Part shown: positions 1 to 10,025 of the stretch, piece by piece | How positions within the stretch are numbered: position 1 is the first letter of the stretch | How the letters are laid out: each line of letters opens with the position of its first letter | From: Octopus vulgaris | Taxonomy: Eukaryota | Direction of reading: 5' to 3' | DNA: 64,000 nucleotides | NCBI GenBank assembly: GCA_951406725.2 | Contig: OX597819.1 | Location: forward strand, 114,824,001-114,888,000 | The notes under the pieces: generated by a model | What the model was told of the DNA's origin: nothing | The model's input: the letters and a program-made list of their open reading frames with translations, nothing else | The model's database searches: none | Translations under genes and position numbers: made by a program

Positions 1-787
1 GAATGGGTGCATTAAATTAAATTAAATCAATTTCAATTAACTAAACTGAACTAAAATGAGTTGCATTGAGCCTCCATGGTTTCCATCCTGCAAAAACTAA
101 ATCCATTACTTACTACAATTTATTTTATTCCTGTAGATTTTCAGGAATGTAGAAGAAAATTTATGTATGCAAAAGGGGATCACGTCCGTAAATTTATTCA
201 GAATGTGCGGTCCATAACACCTAAGGATGGTAAGTGATTCCCTTATGCATAGCCTACACTTGCTGATATTTTTCTTGAAGTTTGGGGTTTTAGAAATGAT
301 GGACCATTCTAGGAAATAATTCTTATTGTTCTTTCTCAGGTTGTGTATATGCGATGCAAGTGTAGTTGAGTTATAGTATTTTTCGTTAGCAAAAGAGTTC
401 ATGTGTGATCTATATCGCGCCTTAAAATCCATCGTACTACCTATATAAAATTTGTTTAGCTTATCTACATCCCTAACTACACATTTATATATTACGTTGG
501 TAACCAGACAGGAACCATCCAAAGGACATAATTTGGGTTTCCTACAGTTACATGTCTTTTCGGGGCCTTTCCTAATCTTTTTCCTATTGTTATCTTTACT
601 TATTTTATCTCCAGTTCCAGACGGGTTTCCCTCAAAACTACCCTTATAACATGGGTTCGATGAGTCCGGTAAAGGTAGACCGTTTATAGCTTTGGTAATC
701 GGCTTTACAGGATTATCAAACACATTTCCTTGGTCATCCTCAAAGGAACTTTCTTTTGCCGTTCCACCTAGTAAGCTTGCTTCTATA
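1..787 (-). mobile_element. 5'-truncated Penelope-like element (GIY-YIG endonuclease end plus 3' region)
   Basis: ORF 106..825 contains CNCRKPKLC, VIYKC...FYIGST, RYRSH, CRLC and CIH (GIY-YIG with CCHH). The DNA closely matches 46457-47228; homology stops at ~787, so the ORF N-terminus is flanking DNA. Confidence 0.9.
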
Positions 788-790
788 TAT

Positions 791-1009
791 ATGCCGTCAT
801 ATATATTGGTTGCAGTTTTTGGCACAAAGCTAGCAATTTTGAGGGAAGGAGTAAGTTGATTACTTCAACCCCAGAACTCATTTGGTACTTACTTTATTGA
901 CACCATAAGGATAAAAGTCAAAGTCAACCTTGGTCGCATTTGAACTCGGAACTCTCCATCTTCATATTACCAAGATAGAACCACTGTAGGCCAGTGTCTG
1001 GCTGGATTG
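791..1009 (-). repeat. Inverted fragment of the 3 kb array unit (CR1 relic plus SINE)
   Basis: Reverse complement of the unit segment seen at ~3022-3232 and ~23572-23787. Confidence 0.85.
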
Positions 1010-1018
1010 TGTTCGAGA

Positions 1019-1147
1019 ATGTGTATTTATGTGTGTGTATGTATGTATGTATGTATATGTGTATATATTTATATGCATGTATGTATTTATGTATATATAT
1101 ATATATATGTATGTATATGTGTATATATTTATATGCATGTATGTATT

Positions 1148-1194
<47 letters not shown>

Positions 1195-1220
1195 ATGTAT
1201 GTGTATATGCATGTATATAT
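1019..1220. repeat. Compound (TA)/(TG)/(TATG) microsatellite
   Basis: Directly visible, with an internal ~60 bp duplication. It explains the low-complexity ORFs at 962-1429. Confidence 0.95.
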
Positions 1221-2438
1221 TTCCAGCTCAGCATCATGCCCTTTGTTGCAGTTCCATCCTCATTTATTTTATGTTGCACATTGAGAATAGTTTTCTCTAC
1301 TTCCCAAATATTTCTTTTCTGCTTATTCCTATTCCATTAATAGCATTATACTTGTTTACCCACTGTCTTTCATCATATCCATTGGATGTTTATACCACTT
1401 TAGGCTCCTCCTTTGCACACCATGGTTGATACCTCTTATACACAGTGGCTCTCTCATATAACCAGTTTTCATTGGGTACACCGTATAAAATTCCAACCTA
1501 CATCATTTTTTGCATATTGAGCATGGGCATTTCTTAAATGGCAGTCTTATTTTTATTTTTCCTGACAAGAGTTTTACTAAGTTTACCTTATTCCCTTTTG
1601 AATCTTGGTTTTTGACATCGATGTTTTGAATTTCTTTTCTAATTCTTAGACTGATTTAGCTGGGAACTAGGTCAAAATTAAGAGATCTCAAAGGTAGTGA
1701 ACCAGCCAACTTTCGGTTAAGGGAATACATAGATACCTCATCATTCCAATCAGAATTCTCTTGAAACCATTTTGTCTATGATTCTTAACTGGTATTATTA
1801 ATGATGGAATGTTGCAATTTCATAAACACTCACATTTCTTCCATGTTTCTTAGCAAGGGATTTGAGTGAGGCTGTGGAGAAATTACATTTGTATTTAAGA
1901 GCTGTTAATTCCTCCCTTATGCTTCAATATTCAAAGTGGTTTTGAGAAGTGGAATGAGTTTCTAGCAATTAATCAAACCATTATCACTATTTGATATTAT
2001 CCCTAAAAGCTCATTTCAAAATCTATAGTGCATTAACTGTTAGTTAATGGTGAATCAAATACAGAACATTGACACTACACCTTAAGCTCTCTGTTCCAAT
2101 TTTTCATCGTAAAACATTTATGATGGTTAGTGTTCTATTGCAGATAGTGGGAGTGTGTTTTTTGTTCAATTGCAGTCCTGAGATCTTACTTCATGGGCAA
2201 AACCCCACAATAGATTGCCATCCTGGTATTTTAAAAATTTGTTAATTTAGATATCTTAAAAAAATTTGAGAAAGTGGATTGCTTGAAGGCACGTTTTTTC
2301 TAAGCTAAATACTTAGGAACTGTTTGGATTATGTAAAAATATTTTACTATTTACATCCGATATCAAGACATGAAAATCAAAATTATACAACTAGAAATCA
2401 TGGAAAAATTTTTTCGTTACTAAATAAGGAACAAAAGT

Positions 2439-2463
<25 letters not shown>

Positions 2464-2469
<6 letters not shown>

Positions 2470-2800
2470 TAATACAAATAAATGAAAGAATGGAGTTGAA
2501 CGACGATTTAACAAAATTCCTTTATTCTTGACATAGGTTTCGAAGGCTGCATATTCCTAATTTCGAAGGAATAAGGGGTTCATTATGCCGCCTTCGCATC
2601 AGGAAAAACAAGGAACGTATGTCAGCATCAAGATGAACAAAAACTTTTAGATGGCTGCCCACACGGAGCCCATAGCAATAATGAGTGTTTCTTTAAAATA
2701 TTCCGTTATAAGCAGTGACGTCAAAAATGGTTGAATGTAGAAGATTCTAGAAAGTTCAAGGGTTCAAACAAGGTTGGAGGAGAGAGGTCTAAGAATATAA
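2464..2800 (-). mobile_element. Short insertion in (TA)n carrying a degenerate hammerhead motif (Penelope pLTR-like); copies at ~26103-26435 and, partially, ~37797-37995
   Basis: Absent from other units at the same TA tract (e.g. 29551-29580). Minus strand reads CTGATGC-GAAGGCGGCATA...TATGCAGCCTTC-GAAAC-CTAT-GTC. Confidence 0.7.
2517..2615 (-). ncRNA. Degenerate type I hammerhead ribozyme-like motif (second copy 26155-26253)
   Basis: Core CUGAUGC (A9 replaced by C), long stem II, GAAAC, minimal stem III, GUC triplet, and stem I TTCCTTGTTTTTC/AAGAATAAAGGAA with 3 mismatches. Confidence 0.5.
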
Positions 2801-2829
2801 ATATATATATTTATATATATTACTACTTA

Positions 2830-3375
2830 TTGTTTGTTCCTTCTCTTGTAGCTCTCCCCATAACTCATTTGTTGCACTGAGTAAATTTTCTTTGGCAAGT
2901 GGTGTTCCACTGTTAGACACTTTATGGCAAACAAAGAGAACAGCAATCTAGATGACTGAGAATAAATATTCTCCATAGGAATAGCATGATATCCTTTTTC
3001 CTTGTTTTGAATGATCTTGGAATCCATCCAGCCACTGGCCTACAGTGGTTCTATCTTGGTAATATGTAGATGAAATGTTCTGAGTTCAAATGCCACCAAC
3101 GTTGACTTTGCCTTTTATCCTTATGGTGTCGATGAAATAACAGTTGAGTACTGGGGTTGATGTAATCAACTTACCCCTTCCCTCGAAATTGCTGGCCTTG
3201 TGCCAAAAACTGCAAACGATATGTAGATGGCATGTTGCATCATTATTCATGTGGATCCCCAGGTCATGCACCCACTATATCTCTAAAATTGCATTACTCC
3301 TCGGCCCAGTGTATTCTGACTGCACTCTGTTGGCTTATAACAGTGCTTGAAGTTGCTCAACGTTGAACTGCATGT
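2830..3375 (-). pseudogene. Decayed CR1/L2-type RT fragment in each array unit, split by a SINE
   Basis: Minus-strand translations give HDLGIHMNNDATCHLHI and CRPVAGWI(P/L)RSFKTRKKDIMLFLWRIFILSHLD. These parallel RDLGVIVDDDLSWSAH and CRMSSWILRTFRSRDQGVIIPLF...PHLEYCC in the CR1 at 50 kb. Confidence 0.75.
3073..3218 (+). mobile_element. tRNA-derived SINE fragment, one per array unit
   Basis: B-box-like GTTCTGAGTTCAAAT followed by GACTTTGCCTTT(C/T)ATCCTTATGGTGTCGAT. Flanked by the direct repeat ATATGTAGATG (AATATGTAGATGG at 23611 and 23772), consistent with a TSD. Confidence 0.7.
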
Positions 3376-3559
3376 TATGTTCATCAGCTGGCAAAGAAAA
3401 AAGAAGTCACTGACAAAGCACTTTCAAGTGAAGACTATCATGTTTTATAGGGGTTCCTAGGACTTGTGTTCTGTATGTCCTTCTCATTTTATGGATAAAT
3501 CAATATTTATTATTCAAAATTCAACAAAGAAATATGAATAAAAGGGGATCGTTGATCAT

Positions 3560-3900
3560 TGGCGGACTCAGTTTAAGGTTTTCCACTCCATCCATCTTCA
3601 GCTGCTAGATATATTTCACTGAGTGACATCCCACTGTCTGTATGAATGGTATGGTGGTATGTCGTTCTTGTTTCCTCATGCTCCCCACCTTAAGCTGTAG
3701 GTACTGTTGATAGCATTCATTGGGTGAGTGTTGCAGTTGGTTACCTGTTCATCTTAACTGGTGTTCCTTTATCCTTGTGCTCATTTGCATTTTGTCAGTC
3801 ATTTGGTACAATGTATCCTTGGAAATGTGGTCATTATAGGATATCTGATATACTATCCTCAGGTATCTTGTGTGAAAAGTGTTCACCATGACCCTTTACT
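3560..3900 (-). pseudogene. Highly decayed RTE-like LINE 3' coding relic in the array unit
   Basis: Minus-strand remnants resemble an RTE C-terminus (GR-like basic motif, D(C)GMSLSEIYLAAED...W), with many stops and frameshifts. Confidence 0.4.
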
Positions 3901-5469
3901 GATTTGTATTTGTTACCCATGTCTTCTTTATGTAAAAATTACAATTACCAGTTTTTCAATTTTCTAATGTGTTATTCTTAGAATTAAGTTAAATTATGTG
4001 ACACCTTTGCAACCTTGATGTGTAGAAATTACATTTGTATTTAAGAGCTGTTAATTCCTCCCTTATGCTTCAATATTCAAAGTGGTTTTGAGAAATGGAA
4101 TGAGTTTCTAGCAATTAATCAAAGCATTATCACTATTTGATATCCCTAAATGCTCATTTGAAAATCTTTAGTGCATCAACTGTTAGTTAATGGTGAAACA
4201 AATACAGAATATTGACACTTTACCTTAAATTCTCTGTTCCAATTTTTCATTGCAAAACAATTATTTATGATGGCTAGTGTTCTATTGCAGATAGTGTGCG
4301 TGTGTTTTTTGTTCAGTTGCAGTCCTGAGATCTTACTTCATGGGCAAAACACCACAATAGATTGATGTGTAGAAATTACATTTGTATTTAAAAGCTGTTA
4401 ATTCCTCCCTTATGCTTCAATATTCAAAGTGAGTTTAAGAAATGGAATGAGTTTCTAGCAATTTCTCAAGGAAGAAAAAACAAAAATCATCACTTGGCTT
4501 GTGAGATTTTCTCTGTGCTTGTGTCAAAGCCAATGTTATTTACAGCCATTCTCGAAACCATACTCTGCTAGATTGTTCTACAATAGATGTTGTTCATTGT
4601 TTACATCCATTTTTCTATGCTTATATCAAGTGGACTAATCTTTTCCAGCTCAGCATCATGCCATTTGTTGCAGTTTCATCCTCATTTATTTTATGTTGCA
4701 CATTGAGAATAGTTTTCTCTCCTTCTTCCCAAATCTTTCTTTTCTGCTTATTCCCATTCCATTAATAGCTTCATACTTGTTTACCCACTGTCTTTCATCA
4801 TATCCATTGGATGTTTATACCACTTTATGCTCCTCCTTTGCACACCATGGTTGATACCTCTTATACACAGTGTCTCTCTCGTATAATCTGTTTTCGTTGG
4901 GCACACAGTATAATATTCCAACCTACATCTTTTTTGCATATTGAGCATGGGCAGTTCTACATTTCTTTTTTCCTGACAAGAGTTTTACTAAGTTTACCTT
5001 ATTCCCTTTTGAATCTTGGTTTTTGACATCTATGTTTTGAATTTCTTTTCCAATTCTTAGACTGATTCAGCTGGGGACTAGGTCAAAATTAAGAGATCTC
5101 AAAGGTAGTGAGCCAGCCAATTTTTGTTTAAGGGAATACATAGATACCTCATCCATCCAATCAAAATTCTCTTCAAACCATTTTGTCTACGATTCTTAAC
5201 TGGTATTATTAATGATGGAAAGTTGCAATTTCATATACAATCACATTCGTTCCATATGTTTCTTAGCAAGGGATTTGAGTGAGGCTGTGGAGAAATTACA
5301 TTTGTATTTAAAAGCTGTTAATTCCTCCCTTATGCTTTAATATTCAAAGTGGTTTTGAGAAATGGAATGAGTTTCTAGCAATTAATCAAACGATTATCAC
5401 TATTTGATATCCCTAAAAGCTCATTTCAAAATCTTTAGTGCATTAACTGTTAGATAATTGTGAAACAAA

Positions 5470-5885
5470 TAACGTTCATCCTTCGGGTTCGAAGATGACC
5501 ATTGACATCATTTGGTGGAATTGCTGCTATGAGACCGGAGGTGGCTGGTGAGGCCAATCCGGGCAAGAAAGCCCTCCCGCAGGTGGGTCAGAAGGGGGTA
5601 GGGGCTGTGCTATTGGTGCAGGTGGCTCTGGTTTTCTGCATCTGGCGTTTCTGTTCTGCTGACTGAATCTTTCTCTCCTCGGCTGTCTTTGCACCTGTTG
5701 TGATTGCGCTGCGCCAGGATGAGCGGTCGGCAGCAAGTGTCTCCCAAGTCTCTGTGCCGATGGAGAAGTCTTTCAGAGAGACTTTGAGACTGTCCTTGAA
5801 GCGCTTCTTCTGCCCTCCAACTTTGCATTTGCCCTGGCTGAGTTCACTGTAGAAGAGCTGTTTTGGGATGCGAGTGTCGGACATT
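5470..5885 (-). mobile_element. RTE-clade (BovB-like) 3' fragment amplified with the array; copies at ~28770-29183, ~31897-32308 and ~34097-34513
   Basis: MSDTRIPKQLFYSELSQGKCKVGGQKKRFKDSLK...WETLAADRSSWR; the 34 kb copy retains CPTCGRGF...H...H. Empty site AAACAAATACAGAACATTGAC is present in other units. Confidence 0.9.
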
Positions 5886-6592
5886 GACACTACACCTTAA
5901 GCTCTCTGTTCCAATTTTTCATTGTAAAACATTTATGATGGTTAGTGTTCTATTGCAGATAGTGGGAGTGTGTTTCTTGTTCAATTGCAGTCCTGAGATC
6001 TTACTTCATGGGCAAAGCCCAACAATAGATTACCATCCTGGTATTTTAAAAATTTGTTAATTTAGATATCTTAAAAGAATTTGAGCAAGTGGATTGCTTG
6101 AAGGCACTTTTTTTCTAAGCTTAAATACTTAGGAACCGTCTGGATTATATAAAACAATTTTACTATTTACATCCTATATCAAGACATGAAAATCAAAATT
6201 ATACAACTAGAAATCGTGGAAAAATGTTTTCCTTACTAAATAAGGAAACAAAGGTTATATATATATCATCATCATCATCATCGTTTAGCGTCCGTTTTCC
6301 ATGCTAGCATGGGTTGGACGGTTCTACTGGGGTCTGTGAAGCCAGAAGGCTTCATCAGGCCCAGTCAAATCTGGCAGTGTTTCTACGGCTGGATGCCCTT
6401 CCTAATGCCAACCACTCCGTGAGTGTAGTGGGTGCTTTTTACGTGCCACCCGCACTGGTGCCAGACAGAGCTGGCAAACGGCCACGAACGGATGGTGCTT
6501 TTTATGTGCCACCGGCACGAGAGCCAGGCGAGGCTGGCAACGGACACGAAACGGGGCGGTGCTGGCAATGGTCGCGAAACGGAAAGTTCTCT

Positions 6593-6790
6593 TACATGCC
6601 ACCGGCACTGCTAACACATCTGCAATTTCCATTGATCGATTTCGATTCTGATCCTCACTTGCCTCAACGGGTCTTCACAAGCAGAGTTTTGACATGCCAC
6701 CGGCACTGGTAGCACATCCGCTATTTCCATTGATCGATTTCGATTCTGCTCCTCACTTGCCTCAACACGTCTTCACAAGTAGAGTTTTGT
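6593..6790. repeat. ~99 bp tandem duplication in the RTE 3' UTR, with repeated TGCCACC(C/G)GCAC motifs
   Basis: ACATGCCACCGGCACTG...TTTCCATTGATCGATTTCGATTCTG...CCTCACTTGCCTCAAC occurs twice. The short motif is also at ~6444 and ~6507. Confidence 0.85.
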
Positions 6791-6859
6791 GTCCCAAGAA
6801 GGGAAGGTATGCATACGTTGGCCGGCTCCATCCCATGTAGAAGGCCACGGGTTATGGAC

Positions 6860-9800
6860 TCACTTGTCCTGCCGGGTCTTCTCGTGCACAGCACACTTCC
6901 AGAGGTCTCGGTCTCTAGTCATTTCCTCAGTGAGACCTAAAGTTCGAAGGTCGTGCTTCACCACCTCGTCCCAGGTTTTCCTGGGTCTGCCTCTTCCACA
7001 GGTTCCCTCAACCGCTAGGGTGTGGCACTTTTTCACACAACTATCTTCATCCATTCTCGCCACATGACCATACCAGCGCAAACGTCTCTCTTGCACACCA
7101 CAACTGATGCTTCTTAGGTCCAGCTTTTCTCTCAATGTACTTACACTCTGCCGAGTGTGAGTACCGGCATTACACATCCATCGGAGCATACTGGCTTCAT
7201 TTCTAGCGAGCTTACGCATATCCTCAGCAGTCACGGCCCATGTTTCACTGCCATGTAGCATGGCTGTTCGTACACACGCATCATACAGTCTGCCTTTCAC
7301 TCTGTGCGAGAGGCCTTTTGTCACCAGCAGAGGTAAGAGCTCTCTGAACTTTGCCCAAGCTATTCTTACTCTAGCAGTTACACTTTCAGCACACCCGCCC
7401 CTGCTGCTGACTTGGTCACCTAGGTAACGGAAACTATCAACTATTTCTAGTTTTTCTCCCTGGAAAGTGACGGAAGTTGGTCTCAGAGCATTTTCAGTGT
7501 TTATTGTTCCTGAGCATCTGCCACATACAAAAACCATCTTCCTAGTTAGCCTTCCTTTGACATTGCTGCATCTCTTATGTGTCCATAGCTTACACTTGGT
7601 GCATCTTATAGAGTTTCTACCTACACCTTTTCTACAGATCGAGCAGGGCCATCTACCTGAAGGTGTTTGTGATTTGTCTACCTTCCTACTGATTACGACT
7701 TTGGTTTTAGCTAGATTGACTCTGAGGCCCTTCGATTCTAATCCTTGTTTCCACACCTGAAACTTCTCCTCCAGTTCTGATAGCGACTCAGCAATTAGAG
7801 CAAGGTCATCAGCATAGAGGAGCTCCCAAGGGCATCCTGTCTTGAATTCCTCCGTTATTGCCTGGAGGACTATGATAAATAGGAGGGGGCTGAGTACTGA
7901 GCCTTGGTGGACTCCTACCTCTACCCGGAATTCTTCACTGTACACATTTCCAACCCTCACCCTACTAGCGGCGTCCCTATACATGGCCCACACAGCTCTC
8001 ACTAACCATTCATCTATCCCTAGTTTCCTCATTGCCCACCAGATAAGGGATCGGGGGACCCTGTCGAAGGCTTTCTCCATGTCAACAAAAGCCAGGTACA
8101 GGGGCTTATCTTTGGCTAGGTATTTCTCCTGCAGCTGCCTTACCAGGAATATAGCATCAGTAGTACTTTTCCCTGGCACAAACCCAAACTGCATCTCATC
8201 TAAACTAACTCTCTCTCTAATTAGTTGGGCTATGACCCTCTCCGTAACCTTCATCACCTGGTCCAACAGCTTGATACCTCTGTAGTTATTTGTATCTAGG
8301 GCATCACCTTTACCTTTGTAGCAGTTGACTATTATACTGCTACACCAGTCATTGGGTATGACCCCTTTGTGTATCACCTGATTAACTATACGGGTGACTA
8401 GGCTATAGCCGACACTACCAGACATTTTGAGCATCTCTGCAGTGATTCCTGATGGGCCTGGGGCTTTCCCTGTCTTCATGCTTCTAATTGCCTTAGCTAC
8501 CACGGAACTATCAACTCGGATAGCTGGTCCCTCTGTTGGGTCAACATTCGGCAGACTCTCTTTATCCCATTCATTTTCTTCATTCAGCAACCTTTCATAG
8601 TGGCATCTCCAAACCTCTCTCTTTGCATCCTCATTTAGCGCAAGTGAACCATCTTCCATGCGAACACACTTCTCTCCTACCACATCACGATTCTCTCTCA
8701 CACACTGTCTTGCAACACGAAACACCTCCAGTCTTTGGTCCTCACGGCGCAGAACATTGGCAAATTTTTTCTTATCTGCTTCCCCTCTGGCTAAATAAAC
8801 CTGTCTCCTAGCTTCTCTTCTGGCAGTCTGATACAATCCCCTGCTACCCCCATTTTTCCAGACCTTCCAAGCCTGTCTCTTTTCTCTAATAGCCCTGTCT
8901 ACAATATTGTTCCACCACCACGTTATTCTAGGTCGAGAGGGGACTTTGCACCAGCCACAGATCTGGTCAGTGGCTCTCAGCAGGTTGTCCCTTAGAAACG
9001 TCCAGCTGTCTTCTACCCCCTGTGATGCTCTATCCCCTTCTACTTCGTCAGAGGCTTCAAGTAATATGTCCCTAAATCTCTGTCCATTTGCAGGATCTTT
9101 AAGCTTCCAGATCCTTCTTCTCCATATTTGTCGTCTTCTGGTTGTCCTCCTAGTCCTGATCCTAAAGTCACTAACTACCAGTCTATGTTGTGGGGTACAT
9201 TCTTCACCTGGGAAGGTTTTGGCATTTATAAGCAGCCATCTCTCCCTTTGCCTTGTAAGGATGTAGTCAATTTGGCTGGTATGTTGGCCCGATTGGTAAG
9301 TGACTAGGTGGCTGGTAGGTTTCCTGAAGTTAGTGTTGCAAATCATAAGATTATTTGCATCGCAGAACTCCAGCAGCCTGGTTCCCTCCTCGTTGCGGGA
9401 GCCATAGCCATAGCCTCCATGTACGCCATGGAAGCCCCCAGCATGTCGTCCAACGTGACCATTGAAGTCACCAGCCACAAAGATAAGGTCTCTGTCATTC
9501 GTCAACGAGGTAGTCTGCAGTAGAGTGTCATAGAATCGGTCTTTCTGTCCATCGGGTAGCCCCGACTGAGGAGCATAGGCTGATATAATGGTTGCTAAAC
9601 TATGATGAAGCACTAATCTAATCTTAAGTATTGTCACATACTCTGATTACCTCAATTACTTTATCTACCCATTTCTCAGCGATAAGTATACCCACGCCAC
9701 CAACCCCGTCAGTGTTCCCTGCCCAGAAAATCTTGTACCTGCGTTCCTTGCCTGTGAGGAACCTAGCTGATCCTCCTCTCCACCTTATTTCTTGCATGCA

Positions 9801-10025
9801 ACATATATCCACACATCTCCGTTCAAGCATCTCAACTATCTCACCAGACCTACCTTTCAGAGTGCCAACGTTGAGGGTGCCAACCCTGAGGGTGTGGGAG
9901 GCATGGGCTCTAGAGACCCTGGGACGGTGGACAGTAGCTTCGTGTACCTGAAAAGAAAGCTCGCATTTGGCAGAATTCATGTGCAAGAAATGAAGTAGTA
10001 AAGTAGCCTTCAGTACAACCTGCAT
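6860..10025 (-). CDS. RTE ORF: APE endonuclease plus reverse transcriptase with an inserted PHD-like Cys/His finger; one frameshift at ~9630
   Basis: TLNVGTL, CMQEIRW, SAYAPQ, AGDFNGHVG and QIDYIL (APE); FVDMEKAFDRV, GVHQGSVLSPLLF and LYADD (RT); RRLRWYGHV and GRGRPRKTW (RTE C-terminus). ORF 9624..10025 joins 6860..9637 across VIRVCD/ILKIRL. Confidence 0.95.

Noticed and set aside
962-1429. Overlapping ORFs rich in Y/I/C/V/M
   Set aside because: These are translations of a TA/TG microsatellite.
1876-1970. The ~95 bp module as a miRNA hairpin, snoRNA or CRISPR-like repeat
   Set aside because: Hand pairing gives only short interrupted stems and there are no C/D boxes. Intervening sequences are long and repeated rather than unique spacers, and no cas genes are present.
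7467-9523. Plus-strand ORFs overlapping the RTE (and similar ones over the Tx1, PLE and CR1)
   Set aside because: These are antisense shadows of real minus-strand coding sequence.
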